A DNA stretch of 64,000 nucleotides, from the IMG/VR virus record IMGVR_UViG_3300037507_004165, positions 64,001 to 128,000 of that record; one strand, given 5' to 3'. The notes beneath the pieces are model-generated. The model did not search any database. It worked only from the letters and a program-made list of their open reading frames with translations, and was not told the origin of the DNA. The position numbers and the translations under genes were made by a program. Every line of letters begins with the position of its first letter. Position 1 is the first letter of the stretch. The DNA comes from a virus. Shown piece by piece: positions 35,028 through 45,922 of this stretch.

Positions 35028-35461
35028 TGCAAACTTTTCTTCCCTATCCTGATTTTAAAAAATCTGTTGAAGTTTTAGACTCAAAGCGATTAGGCAAACA
35101 AAGAGTTGAAACCTTCCAAGTTTTAAATATTCTTTTAAATAGAACTGAAACAAAAGGCTGGAGAAATCATCCAGTCACTTTAATGTGGAAAGGTTATGAA
35201 CCAGCTCTTCAGCTTTATCAAAACTATACGATAAATGAATGGATTAAGAGAGGGTATAAAAATAACATGATGTTTGAAAACATTTTGCTAGAGCTTCAGA
35301 TGCCACCATGGTTTGGTAAGGAAGAATTTCATAGGTCCCATAGGGCAAATCTACTTAGAAAAGATTGGAGTTTTTATTCTAATTTTTTCAATGAAGATCC
35401 AACTCTACCCTATTATTGGCCGGTAGAAAAAGATTATTCGATAAAAGTTGCCAATGCCTAG
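35027..35461 (+). CDS. Pyrimidine-dimer DNA glycosylase-like (MSMEG_6728 family) protein
   Basis: MQTFLPYPDF..LDSKRLGKQRVE..HPVTLMWKG..HRSHRANLLRKD..YYWP. Confidence 0.85.
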   Translation: MQTFLPYPDFKKSVEVLDSKRLGKQRVETFQVLNILLNRTETKGWRNHPVTLMWKGYEPALQLYQNYTINEWIKRGYKNNMMFENILLELQMPPWFGKEEFHRSHRANLLRKDWSFYSNFFNEDPTLPYYWPVEKDYSIKVANA

Positions 35462-35476
35462 TGCATGATATATAAT
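35448..35476 (+). promoter_or_regulatory. Sigma70-type promoter
   Basis: TTGCCA-17 nt-TATAAT upstream of ORF 35514. Confidence 0.65.
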
Positions 35477-35513
35477 ATAGCTGACAATAATAGCAACTAA
35501 AAAAAGGAAAACT

Positions 35514-35705
35514 ATGTCAGAAAATAAGTTCAACTACTTTGTGGTAGAGGAAAAGACCCTTGTCAAGGCTAAGAACAAGCAAGAAGCCCAAAAGGTCGCC
35601 TCTGGTCGCAGAGGAGTAAGTGGTGAAGTTCTTTTCAGATCAACTGATATTGAAAGAATTTCTTCTGTACAGGCACAAAAAAAGATCAATCAGCTTAACG
35701 CCTGA
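35514..35705 (+). CDS. Small hypothetical protein
   Basis: Own promoter, SD AAGGA, downstream hairpin. Confidence 0.7.
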   Translation: MSENKFNYFVVEEKTLVKAKNKQEAQKVASGRRGVSGEVLFRSTDIERISSVQAQKKINQLNA

Positions 35706-35713
35706 TCCAGTAA

Positions 35714-35736
35714 GCTGGGGGGTCTATCCCCCCAGC
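35714..35736 (+). terminator. GC-rich hairpin without U-tract
   Basis: GCTGGGGGG-TCTAT-CCCCCCAGC. Confidence 0.45.
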
Positions 35737-35749
35737 AATAGGAGCCACT

Positions 35750-36451
35750 ATGATAGTTGCACAAATGGTAGGAAGAAATGAATCATCTAGATTTCTTGAG
35801 CCAGTCTTAAAAAGAATAAAAGAACAAGTAGACGCAATCGTATTTACGGACGACTGTTCAGATGATAATACCGCAGAGATAGCCTCTGGTTATGCAAGCG
35901 TATATGTTAACGAGTCTCCACTTTTTCCAGTTCACGAAGGCAAGTTGAGATCAAAAGCCTGGGAAAATTTAAGCAATCACGCTCAAGAAGGTGATTGGGT
36001 TATTGCAATAGATTGTGATGAAATGCTCTATAAAGCCTCTGATATAAACGATGTAAATATTTCAAAGGTTCTTGATCAGTCACCATTTGATGTGGTGAAC
36101 GTTAGGTTTTATCACATGTGGTCTTCAACTCACTATAGAGTAGATAAACTTTGGGCGCCTAATAATAGTTCTAGAATCTTTAGATTCAAAGACAACGCTA
36201 CGTTTCTAGATAGAAAACTTGCTTGCGGTTCTGAGCCTACTTATGTTGTTCAAGATATTAGAAGAAGAAATTACTGGGTCCACTCTGGATTAGTCATGCA
36301 ACATCTCGGTTATTCGATTGATGAAGATAAGATTTCAAAGTATAATAGATATATGAATTTAGACAGAGGAGAATTTCATAATATTAAACATATCGAATCA
36401 ATTATAGATACCAATCCTACTCTAATAAAATGGGGAAATTTCGGAATATGA
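35750..36451 (+). CDS. Glycosyltransferase family 2-like protein
   Basis: GRNESSRFL, FTDDCSDDNT, WVIAIDCDE, HLGY. Confidence 0.8.
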   Translation: MIVAQMVGRNESSRFLEPVLKRIKEQVDAIVFTDDCSDDNTAEIASGYASVYVNESPLFPVHEGKLRSKAWENLSNHAQEGDWVIAIDCDEMLYKASDINDVNISKVLDQSPFDVVNVRFYHMWSSTHYRVDKLWAPNNSSRIFRFKDNATFLDRKLACGSEPTYVVQDIRRRNYWVHSGLVMQHLGYSIDEDKISKYNRYMNLDRGEFHNIKHIESIIDTNPTLIKWGNFGI

Positions 36452-37092
36452 AAACATTAAACGCTACAGAAACAATAAAGAAAGTCTCTCTACTTCTTGA
36501 TAGAAAAGAAAGATTTGCTTTTGTAACATACACTAGATCAGCAATATTCTCAATGACTGGTGAATTGAGTGGAGATAAAAAGCCACCCAAAAATTTTCTA
36601 AAACTTATATCCATGAGCTTAGATAACAACAGTTCAGGATTTATAAAGGCAGCTCAAAGAGATCTAATTAAGTCAAGTGTTGACAAGATAGCTCAAAATG
36701 GAAATTCAACTGTTTCCAATGAAGTATTCTATGACCCATCTTTTTTAGAGTATTACATCAACACTAATTATGACATATTCAAGACATTCACCTCATGGTA
36801 TCTTAAAACAACTAAAGTTATTATAGTATCTTTCCAAAATAAGAGTTCTATATCAAAGTATTTTTCTCCAGATTCCATATACATACAAGTACCATACAAT
36901 GATTTCTATTCGAGAATAGACTCAATAACACAGGAAATAATTGAAAAGAGCTCAGAAACATCCCTATGTGTTCTCGACTGCCCAATGCTGAGTACTGCGC
37001 TAGCTCAGAATCTATGGGAAAAAAGTAATATGTCAATCTTAGATCTCGGAAGAACCTTAACGGTAGCTAGATCTTTGAATAGAAATAAATGA
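36448..37092 (+). CDS. Hypothetical protein, possibly glycosylation-related
   Basis: ATG 36448 overlaps upstream stop (ATGA); C-terminal ILDLGR. Confidence 0.55.
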   Translation: MKTLNATETIKKVSLLLDRKERFAFVTYTRSAIFSMTGELSGDKKPPKNFLKLISMSLDNNSSGFIKAAQRDLIKSSVDKIAQNGNSTVSNEVFYDPSFLEYYINTNYDIFKTFTSWYLKTTKVIIVSFQNKSSISKYFSPDSIYIQVPYNDFYSRIDSITQEIIEKSSETSLCVLDCPMLSTALAQNLWEKSNMSILDLGRTLTVARSLNRNK

Positions 37093-37742
37093 GTTCACTT
37101 TCTCAGAAATCAAAAGAAGTTCTAAACAATAGAATAAAAAGTTTGTTGTTTGAAACAAACATGTCAATTCCCTCTATTGCTAAAGAACTGGCAATGACCT
37201 ACGCTGAGCTAGATAAAACTTTAAAAAGAATTGGTTTGCAGTGGGTTAAAGACCACAGAAGAAAAATGTCTAAAGGGCAAACTCTTTTGACAAGTATTTT
37301 AGAAAAATTATTGCCAGGAGAAAATATAGTAAATGAATTCCATTTAGGTGAAAGACTAAAGCTAGATGTATACTGCCCTAGTTATAAGCTTGGTCTAGAG
37401 TATCATGGAATTCAACACTTTAAATACAGTAGCATGTTCTTTGATTCAAGAGAAGAGTTTCTTGAGGCACAGAAACGAGATCAGAGAAAGATAGAGCTAT
37501 GCAACGAACAAAATATTTTATTAGTTGTTTTCAGATATGATGATAAACTAACAGAAGAAGCTGTTTACGACAGGGTGTTGACAGCAATAAGAAATTCAAG
37601 CTATACTGTCACGCAAAAGAAAAAATCTACAGTAGTTGACAATGATTTTTACAAAGAAATGAAGAAGAAAAAATCAGAATATAACAAAAAGATGTATAAA
37701 AGACTGAAGGAAAAGAAGAAAAAGAATGACAGAAGTCGTTAA
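37089..37742 (+). CDS. PD-(D/E)XK / DUF559-like endonuclease with N-terminal HTH
   Basis: LKLDVYCPSYKLGLEYHGIQHF..RDQRKIELC. Confidence 0.7.
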   Translation: MSSLSQKSKEVLNNRIKSLLFETNMSIPSIAKELAMTYAELDKTLKRIGLQWVKDHRRKMSKGQTLLTSILEKLLPGENIVNEFHLGERLKLDVYCPSYKLGLEYHGIQHFKYSSMFFDSREEFLEAQKRDQRKIELCNEQNILLVVFRYDDKLTEEAVYDRVLTAIRNSSYTVTQKKKSTVVDNDFYKEMKKKKSEYNKKMYKRLKEKKKKNDRSR

Positions 37743-39195
37743 TGAAGAGGTTCCAAATTATCCTTTGGAATATCAGGTATTTGCTCTAGCCCTAAGAAAC
37801 AAAGGTGCTATACAGTACTTTGATATAAACCTTCCAGAAGAGGCTGTAGGCGCTGTCAGTGGACAACTGGGCCTAAATGAGTTCTATAAAGCTCTGCTGT
37901 CTTATTATAGGGTTACTAAATTAGATTCTGTAGATCCAATTGCATTTAAAGCTTGGCTTGAATCAGAAACAGATATTCACACTGCGCTAGGTGGATCAAT
38001 CGGCGTTGAAACAATAATGGATATCTTGATGTCAATTCAAGTATCCAATGAAGAATCTATAACGCAAATACTAAAGCACAGATCTAATAAGAAAAAGCAG
38101 CTAGATATTTTGCAGGAATTGCAGTTTCTTCTAACACAAAAGGGTGAAAAGACTCCAAAGGAAATTGCAAGAATTTCTGAGATAACAGCAGAAATAAAAA
38201 ACCTTGAGAATGATCTAAATTTTAATCCATTAGATACAGTTGTAACAGCTCAAGATATTTCCAAAAGAGCGGAATCTCTTTTGGATATTCCAAGCTTTCT
38301 TCCAACTCAGTTCAAAGCACTCAATAGGGCGATGGGTTACACTGATGATGGAGGTTTTTTTAGAGGTGCAGTTCACGCAATTATTGCACCATCCGGCAAA
38401 GGTAAAAGTACTTTTGCCAAATGCCTGGTTAATAACTGGGCAGATTGCGGTCACAAAGTTTTGTATGTTAATTTTGAAGAAGCAGTTCCACACTGGGAAA
38501 GAGTGTTAATGACCCAGATAATAGAAAAGAATGTTTACGCTGAGGCAGCAAATTGGTCAGATAAAGAAAAAGAAGAGAATCTAAAAAAATTTCAAGACAA
38601 ACTTAATGAGTGGGGAGATAGGTTCATGGTTAGACATGATCCAGATACTCCATATTTTGAAGACCTCGAAAAGTGGCTTAGAAGCATCATGCCCCACGAT
38701 GAGCTAGTTCCTGATGTGATAGTTATAGATACTATCCAGTCAATGTTTACAAGATCTACTGGAAAGGGCAAGCCTAGATGGGGTGAGTTTGAGGAAATGA
38801 TGGTCAGATTAGAAAAACTTGCCAGAGACATGGACTGTGTATTGATAATCACTGCTCAAGAAAATGCAAATAGAATGAAAGAAAGAAGAGAGGTAGTCCA
38901 ACAATCCGATACAGGAGGATCACTATCCATACAACAAAAGTGTGCCGTAACAATCTTCATCACAGAGAAAAAGCTAATTAGCGGAGATGATTCTGAAGAT
39001 GAAAATATTATGCAGTTACAAATACCAAAAAATAGAATAACTGGTTCTACGTATTTATACAATTCTCCACTAGTAAAGTATGTTGATCAGCACAAGAAAT
39101 ATGTTGAGTATGAGCCAATTACAAGTGATTCATATTCTAAAATAGTAAACTCTGAAGACATTCAGGAATTAATCTCTAGTATTAGTATAGTGTAG
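37726..39195 (+). CDS. DnaB-like replicative helicase
   Basis: Walker A APSGKGKST, Walker B VIVIDTIQ, ITAQEN, KNR. Confidence 0.85.
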   Translation: MTEVVNEEVPNYPLEYQVFALALRNKGAIQYFDINLPEEAVGAVSGQLGLNEFYKALLSYYRVTKLDSVDPIAFKAWLESETDIHTALGGSIGVETIMDILMSIQVSNEESITQILKHRSNKKKQLDILQELQFLLTQKGEKTPKEIARISEITAEIKNLENDLNFNPLDTVVTAQDISKRAESLLDIPSFLPTQFKALNRAMGYTDDGGFFRGAVHAIIAPSGKGKSTFAKCLVNNWADCGHKVLYVNFEEAVPHWERVLMTQIIEKNVYAEAANWSDKEKEENLKKFQDKLNEWGDRFMVRHDPDTPYFEDLEKWLRSIMPHDELVPDVIVIDTIQSMFTRSTGKGKPRWGEFEEMMVRLEKLARDMDCVLIITAQENANRMKERREVVQQSDTGGSLSIQQKCAVTIFITEKKLISGDDSEDENIMQLQIPKNRITGSTYLYNSPLVKYVDQHKKYVEYEPITSDSYSKIVNSEDIQELISSISIV

Positions 39196-39200
39196 GTAAC

Positions 39201-40013
39201 ATGATTCAGATTAGCATTCAGCAATTAAAAGATTTTCAAACGTGTGAAAGATTATATGATTTTCGATACAACGAAAAGCTTCCAGAAACAATTGGCAGTA
39301 GAACTTTAAACACTATTAAATTTGAAAATACAATTAAGAGTATCGTTCATTACTTCTTTTATAAAAAACAAGCTGGCATAACTCCATCTTACTCATCGCT
39401 TTTAAATAGATGGGAAAAGCTTTGGTTTCCAAAGGATTCTTCATCATATGATATTATCTACGAACAACACGAAACACTGTATGGAAATATGGCCAGCCTA
39501 ACAACAAAGGCAGCATCAGTACTCATGGAGTTAATAGAGAATTTTGGTGATTCCAATTTGATTCCAATTGGGATAGACGAAGATTTCATAGCTCCAATTA
39601 CCTCAAGAGTAGCTGTTAAAGATAAGTTCGATTTAATTTACTTCAAGGACGGCAAAGTGCACGTACTTAAGTGGATGTTTAATTATAAGTTAAAATATCA
39701 ACATACTTATATGGTAGATTTTTCTATTATGAATGTTGGATATCAAAACAAATTTGGAAACAAAGTGCACGAAGCAAAGTTCGGCTACTTTGACTTATTA
39801 AATCAAAAATCTTACTTCAATGAATTTATAGTAGAACAAGGTGATATCGAGGCTGTAAAATATTGGTGTGATTCTATAGTAGACGAAGAAACTTTCCCTT
39901 CTAGAAGGGGATTAACTTCGTACTGCAAAGTGTGCCCCTATGACAAGCCCTGCAGTAAATGGACATCATGGAATAATAAGGAGAATAAAGATGGCAAAGC
40001 AAGAAAAAGATAA
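39201..40013 (+). CDS. PD-(D/E)XK nuclease-superfamily protein (RecB/Cas4-like, possibly degenerate)
   Basis: N-terminal FQTCERLY, KFDLI, C-terminal CKVCPYDKPC. Confidence 0.6.
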   Translation: MIQISIQQLKDFQTCERLYDFRYNEKLPETIGSRTLNTIKFENTIKSIVHYFFYKKQAGITPSYSSLLNRWEKLWFPKDSSSYDIIYEQHETLYGNMASLTTKAASVLMELIENFGDSNLIPIGIDEDFIAPITSRVAVKDKFDLIYFKDGKVHVLKWMFNYKLKYQHTYMVDFSIMNVGYQNKFGNKVHEAKFGYFDLLNQKSYFNEFIVEQGDIEAVKYWCDSIVDEETFPSRRGLTSYCKVCPYDKPCSKWTSWNNKENKDGKARKR

Positions 40014-40677
40014 TATACTTGATGAAATTCTTTCAGAAAAGGTTGTTTCTTCCTCAATAAAAGAGGAGGATAAGGTCCTAGAACCACTTTTAGATGAAAT
40101 CAATCTTATTGAAGACGAGGGTATAAAATCTTTTGTCAGATCTATTTTGTATAGAGCTGATGGATTTTGGGAAATACCAGCAAGTTTTTCTGGAAAGCAC
40201 CATCCATTAGACGAAAGATGTCCAGGTGGCAATGTGTTGCATACAAAGAGAGCAGTCAGAGTTGGCTGCGTATTGGCAGATTCCTATTCTCTCTCAACAG
40301 AAGAGAGAGATGTGATAGTCGCCGCACTCCTACTGCACGATATAACCAAGGGCATTAAGCCTCAGACTTCCGATAAGTATTATTATGACCCTATGCATCC
40401 GTATACAGCCGGATCTTTTATTAAAAAATGCCAAGAAGAAGATAGAAATTTTGCTTCGGAATCGCAATCATCAACATTGTTTATAAACGAAGATGACGTA
40501 CAAACGATATTAAGACTTATTAGATGTCACCTAGGCCCATGGTCGCCAGTACCAGAAACAACGCCAATTACCTACATGGATATGATTGTCCACTTATCAG
40601 ACAATGTGTCATCTAAGCTACATATAATAGTAGATGGAGAAGAAATAGTTAAGGAAAGATGGGATGTCAGACAATAG
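39991..40677 (+). CDS. HD-domain phosphohydrolase
   Basis: PASFSGKHH, HTKRAV, LLHDITKG, HLGPW, HLSD; SD AAGGAG before ATG 39991. Confidence 0.8.
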   Translation: MAKQEKDNILDEILSEKVVSSSIKEEDKVLEPLLDEINLIEDEGIKSFVRSILYRADGFWEIPASFSGKHHPLDERCPGGNVLHTKRAVRVGCVLADSYSLSTEERDVIVAALLLHDITKGIKPQTSDKYYYDPMHPYTAGSFIKKCQEEDRNFASESQSSTLFINEDDVQTILRLIRCHLGPWSPVPETTPITYMDMIVHLSDNVSSKLHIIVDGEEIVKERWDVRQ

Positions 40678-40834
40678 CACTGATGATACTCTTCTAAAAA
40701 GATTTACTCTGCTTAAAAAAATGGAGTATTACTTAGAAGAGTCTGTATACTATAGAACGCACTTTGACGACATGCCGTCAAAAAGCACCCTTCTTAAAAA
40801 AGACGAAGAAATAGGAAAAATGCTAGTAACATGA
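40664..40834 (+). CDS. Small hypothetical protein (56 aa)
   Basis: MSDNSTDD..MLVT fills the gap and overlaps the primase start (ATGA). Confidence 0.55.
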   Translation: MSDNSTDDTLLKRFTLLKKMEYYLEESVYYRTHFDDMPSKSTLLKKDEEIGKMLVT

Positions 40835-42028
40835 AAATAAACAGTGAGAATAACTATTTAAGGTCGTGGAACATATACGAAGTTGCTAGGTTTGTGCCGA
40901 CATTAAATAGGGTTATAAGAGATAAGAATATGTTTTTAACTGCAAATGAGATAGAAAAATACGCAGTAAAATACAAAAACACTGGCATATATACATCTGT
41001 CTTTGCCTATGATACGGAAGACTTAGAAAGAGCCACAAGATTACGGTCCCCTGTATTTCGACCTAGATAGTGCGGACTATTCAATAGCATACGAAGAGTG
41101 CATTAGGCTGTATGAATACCTTCTGCAGTTTGTGCCAGCCAGCTCCATATTAGTTTATTTTACTGGAAAAAAGGGTTTTCATATAGAATGCGAACCAGTT
41201 GCACTTGGGATAAACCCAAATAATTCTCTTCCAAAAACCTTTAGATATATAGCAACTAAATTAAAATCAAGTTTGTCTATTTCAAGCTTAGACCTCAGTG
41301 TATATGATGCAAGAAGAATGTGGAGATTGGCTGGGTCGATACATCAAGATACTGGTCTGTATAAAACTCTACTGAATCCACATGGTGGTCAGTCAATTTT
41401 ACTTGGAAACGAAGAAGAAATTAAAAAGTATGCAGCGGCCCCCCAATCTTTAGAAGTTGCTGAGCAGTTGTTTTCCTATAAAGCTAATGAATGGTATAGA
41501 GAAAATATTTATAATCTTGAAGAGGATGAAAAGAAAAAGGATAATCCATTAGAGTATTTTAACAAGTATGGTTCTAGAGCTTTTAAAAATCTTCAACCTT
41601 CCGAAAAAGTATTTGATCAATCGACTCTAATGAAAAACTGTTCCGCAGTATCAAGATTGAAGGCTCAAGCTGAAAATGAGCACTTCCTAGAACACGAAGC
41701 TAGACTGTTCCTCTGCTCCATACTTAGCTATACTGAAGATAGTATAAAATTTCTTCATGAGATCTTAAGTAATTGCAGCGATTATAACTTTGATAAATCT
41801 TCTGCTCATATAAATGATTGGATCAAAAGAAGACAGATGGGCATTGGTGGAAGACCCTATACTTGTGATAGGGCAAACTCGGTTGGTGTTGGTTGCGGTG
41901 ACTGCAATTTGGAAAGAAAAAATAAATGGACTCAGATAGGATCTAAGTTTGTTGAAACAAATGAGAAATCATCTCCCTCGCCAGTCAGATATGCATATAA
42001 AAGCCTAAGAAAGGAAAACAATGAGTAA
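40831..42028 (+). CDS. Archaeo-eukaryotic-type primase with Cys-containing PriL-like C-terminus, ~398 aa after +1 shift at CGG 41044
   Basis: Joined sequence gives LG-PLYFDLD (motif I), TGKKGFHI (motif II), D..RRMWRLAGS (motif III), then C..HEARLFL..PYTC..CGDC. Confidence 0.8.
41044..41047 (+). other. CGG-T +1 recoding site 8
   Basis: TTA C-GGT CCC CTG TAT TTC GAC CTA GAT. Confidence 0.9.
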
Positions 42029-42227
42029 TATAAAAGATCCAGATGATGTAATAGGGGTTTGTTCTGAGTGTAAATCGGATCAACCAATGTCTTACATGTA
42101 TAAGAATCCATTTGCTCAAGGTGGTAAGCCAGTGCCTTGCAAGTATTGTGGTGGCGTAGTAATAATTTCTTACAGAGAAAGAAGAAACGAGTCGCTTGAA
42201 AGTTCCGATAAGGAAAGAGGAATATAA
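42021..42227 (+). CDS. Small zinc-ribbon protein
   Basis: CSEC..CKYC. Confidence 0.65.
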   Translation: MSNIKDPDDVIGVCSECKSDQPMSYMYKNPFAQGGKPVPCKYCGGVVIISYRERRNESLESSDKERGI

Positions 42228-42228
42228 G

Positions 42229-45200
42229 TTGAAGAACTGGACCAACCTGCACAATCATACAACGTACTCAATGTTGGATGGTCATGGAAAGGTAGAGGCA
42301 TACTTCGACAAGGCTAAGTCTCTTGGGATGATGGGCTTAGCTACTACTGACCATGGAAATATACACTCTTGGTTGGACTTTTACGATGCAGCTAAAGCTT
42401 CTGGAATTAATCCAATACTTGGTTCAGAATTTTATCAAGCTAGAAAAACAAGATTAGATAGAGATGAAGAGGAGAGATCTGGTCCAGCAAAAAATGAGTG
42501 GGAGCAGAGAGGCCCATACCATATAACAATATTGGCAAAGAACAACACTGGGTATCACAATCTAATCAAGATGTCTTCAAGATCTTTTTTGGAAGGATAT
42601 TACGTAAAGCCAAGACTAGATCATGAGCTAATCTCCCAACATTCGGAAGGAATTATAGTTCTTTCAGGCTGTCTAAACGGAGAGATAGCTCAAGCGCTCC
42701 TTAGAGATGATTACGATTTTGCCGTTAGACAAGCAGCAATGATGCAGGAAATAGTTGGCAAAGAAAATTACTTTATAGAAATCCAAAATCATGGACTTAA
42801 AGAGCAACTACGAATAAATGATTCGTTAATAAAGATAGCTAGAACAATAGGGGCAAAAATAGTTCCTACTGGCGACTGCCACTACGTGCACAAGGAAGAC
42901 GCTAGAGCGCACGACATAATGCTTTGTGTGTCAACAAACTCCAATATAAATACTGAAAATAGATTTTCTTTTTCTGGAGATAATTTTTATCTAAAATCAT
43001 ACGAAGAAATGTCTTCGATATTTTCAGAAGAATGGTTAAAAAATACCATGCACGTCAACGACATGGTTAACATAGATCTTAATTTTGGGGAACTATATTT
43101 TCCCCACTTTCCACTACCAGAAAACAAAGACACTAATTCATACTTGGAAGAATTAGCCTGGGAAGGTCTTAAAAAGAAATATGGCGATCCACTCCCAACT
43201 CATGTTTTGGATAGGGCAAACCATGAGCTAAAGGTCGTAAAAGAAATGGGATATCCAGAGTACTTTTTAGTAGTTTCTGATCTCGTTGGGTGGGCAAAAA
43301 ATAATGGCATAAGAGTTGGTTGGGGTAGAGGATCTGCTGCTGGAAGCATCTTGTCTTATGCACTCGGTATTACCAATTTAGATCCATTAAAGTTTGGACT
43401 TTTATTTGAAAGATTCTTAGTTGAGGGCAGAAAGTCTATGCCAGATATTGATTTGGATTTTGACGATAGACACAGAGACCGTGTAATAGATTACGCTAGA
43501 CAAAAATATCGGAGAAGACAAAGTAGCGCATATTTGTACTTTTAATAAAACTGGGGCAAGACAATCTATTAGGGACGCAGCAAGAGCTCTTGCCTACGAT
43601 TTCAGCGGTGGAGATAAGGTAGCAAAATTAGTTCCAGCTCCAGTGCTGGGGATATCCAAGAACTTATCAGAGTGCATGGAAGTAGACGAATTTAGAAAGC
43701 TTTATGAATCAGATGACGATGCAAAACTGATAGTTGATACAGCCTTTGGTTTGGAAGGTCTGATAAGACAGACCGGCATGCACGCCGCTGGAGTAGTTAT
43801 TTCAAGAGATCCACTTACGGAGTATCTCCCTATTATGCAAAAGGGTGTAGATAACCCAGTGATTACTCAATGGGATATGGGTAGAGTTGAGCAGTGCGGC
43901 CTGCTAAAAATTGACTTTCTTGGTTTAAGAAATCTTGGCGTGATAGATTCGTGCATAAAGCTGGTTAAGAAAACTAGAAACATTGTCATAGATGTTGACT
44001 CTATTCCTCTAAATGACTATAAAACATTTAACGAATTGTGCAAAGGTAACGCTGTAGGAGTTTTCCAGCTAGAGTCTGCTGGTATGAGAGAGTTAATGGT
44101 TCAGCTTCAGCCTCAAAATGTTGAAGATATTATGGCGCTGATATCCCTTTACCGTCCAGGCCCAATGGGGTCAGGAATGGATAAGCTATATATCTCTAGA
44201 AAGCATTCTAGAACAGCAATTGAATATGACCATCCAAGTCTTGAAAAGGTACTTGGTCCCTCCCTGGGCATCATGCTATACCAGGAAGATGTTCTTGGAG
44301 TAGCAAGAGAACTCGCCGGGTTTTCTTCAGCAGAAGCCGATGATTTAAGAAAAGTAATCGGCAAAAAACTAATGGACAAAATTGCACTCTTTAGGCAGAA
44401 GTTTGTCAACGGATGCGTAAGTAAATATAATATTTCACAAGACAAAGCTAATAAGATTTATTCAGACATAGAGTATTTTGGTGGCTACGGATTCAATAGA
44501 GCTCACGCTGCAAGCTACGCAATGATTTCTTATATCACAGCATACCTGAAGTTCAATTATACAGCGGAGTACATGGCTGCTCTTTTAAGTTCTGTTGTTG
44601 GAAATAAAGACAAACTAGCTCTTTATCTATCTGATTGTAGAAAACTTGGCCTAAAAGTATTGCCACCATCTATAAATAAATCAGTTGAAGATTTTGCTGT
44701 AATAGATGAAACAAGTATTATCTTTGGATTCTCTGCCATAAATGGAATTGGATATGCCGTATCAGAAGCAATTTTAGCTGCAAGAGACGATAAAAATCCC
44801 TACACATCGATGCATGACTTCTTCAGAAGAACTTCTTCTTCTGTTTTAAAAAAATCAACAATAGAAAACTTAGCTGCTTCTGGTTCATTTGATGAATTAA
44901 TAGAATCTGTTTTAGACGACGATTTTGGTAGACAAACAGAATTAAGAATTCTAGAAAAAGAAAAAGAATCGATAGGAATATATGTTTCAAAAAACCCAGT
45001 AGATGGAGTTTGGGATCTTCTTTCTAAGAATTTAACTAATGAAATAATATCTCTTTCAGAAATGCCAGCTGGATCTAGAGTTTCTATAGGCGGAATAGTT
45101 TCTTCAGCCAAAAAAATAATAACTAAAAAGGGAGCTAAAATGTTTAAATTTACCCTTCAAGATATATCATCTGATATTGAGGTTATTGTTTTTCCCAGGG

Positions 45201-45556
45201 AAGCAAGAAATTTTGAAGATGACTTTTTTCAAAATGGTGATGTGATAACTGTGACTGGGGCGATTAGTAAAGACGGCGATGAAGAAAACGCAGTAACAAA
45301 AGTCTTGTTGAACGCATGCTCAAAGCTAGATTTAAGTAATTTTGCTGGCGGTACACCAATCTATCTAGAGGTAAATAAAGACTTGGATCCAAAAGTATTG
45401 GATAATATGTATGATATAATAAAATCTAACAACGGTGGTTCTTTTGTGTTTCTGACATACTCAGAAAATGGAAAGAAACTAACCTTTAAATTTAATAAAA
45501 AAACATCTATTACTATTAAAGATAAGTTAGAATCACTTTTAAATGGAGATAAATAA
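42229..45556 (+). CDS. dnaE: DNA polymerase III alpha subunit, ~1108 aa after +1 shift at CGG 43510
   Basis: PHP LHNHTTYSMLDG/TDHG, GRGSAAGS, PDIDLDF, junction KY-G-EDKVAHICTF, HAAGVVI, KIDFLGL, YGFNRAHA, OB fold; TTG start with SD GAGGA. Confidence 0.93.
43510..43513 (+). other. CGG-A +1 recoding site 9
   Basis: AAA TAT C-GGA GAA GAC AAA GTA GCG restores the DnaE KYGxxxVAxIxTF motif. Confidence 0.92.
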
Positions 45557-45921
45557 TGACTACTGGAAATTTCTATACCAATCCAAGCACCAAGCATTGC
45601 TGGGTGTTTTGCCCGTCATGCAATAGATGCCAGGACAAGGGCAGGTACACCAAGTGCAACGGCTGCAGTGGAAGATTTGACCCCAAGGGGTGTATAGACC
45701 CAGATCCAGATGATTTTTGCGACTGCAAAAATGGTGTTCTTCGCTGGAGAACCCAAAATGGGAAACTTGTAATGGTAAGATTTAAAACTAATCCATTTAA
45801 AGGGGAAGTAAAGTACTCTAAAAAGAGCCAAGATGAAAGAGACTGGGACTCTTATGTTAATGACATGAGAGAAAAAATGGATGATCCAAATTTCAATCCA
45901 GTAACAATTTACGAGGAATAA
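45556..45921 (+). CDS. Cys-rich hypothetical protein
   Basis: CPSCNRC, CNGC, CDC. Confidence 0.65.
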   Translation: MTTGNFYTNPSTKHCWVFCPSCNRCQDKGRYTKCNGCSGRFDPKGCIDPDPDDFCDCKNGVLRWRTQNGKLVMVRFKTNPFKGEVKYSKKSQDERDWDSYVNDMREKMDDPNFNPVTIYEE

Positions 45922-45922
45922 A

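Noticed and set aside
36430-36447. In-frame CGG in ORF-track entry 36430 (MGKFR..)
   Set aside because: It lies in the overlap with the upstream gene, where it reads TTC GGA. The likelier start is ATG 36448, so it is not a counter-example.
43500-43650. Split intein or intron in dnaE
   Set aside because: No intein terminal motifs and no inserted sequence; the gap is contiguous DnaE in the +1 frame.
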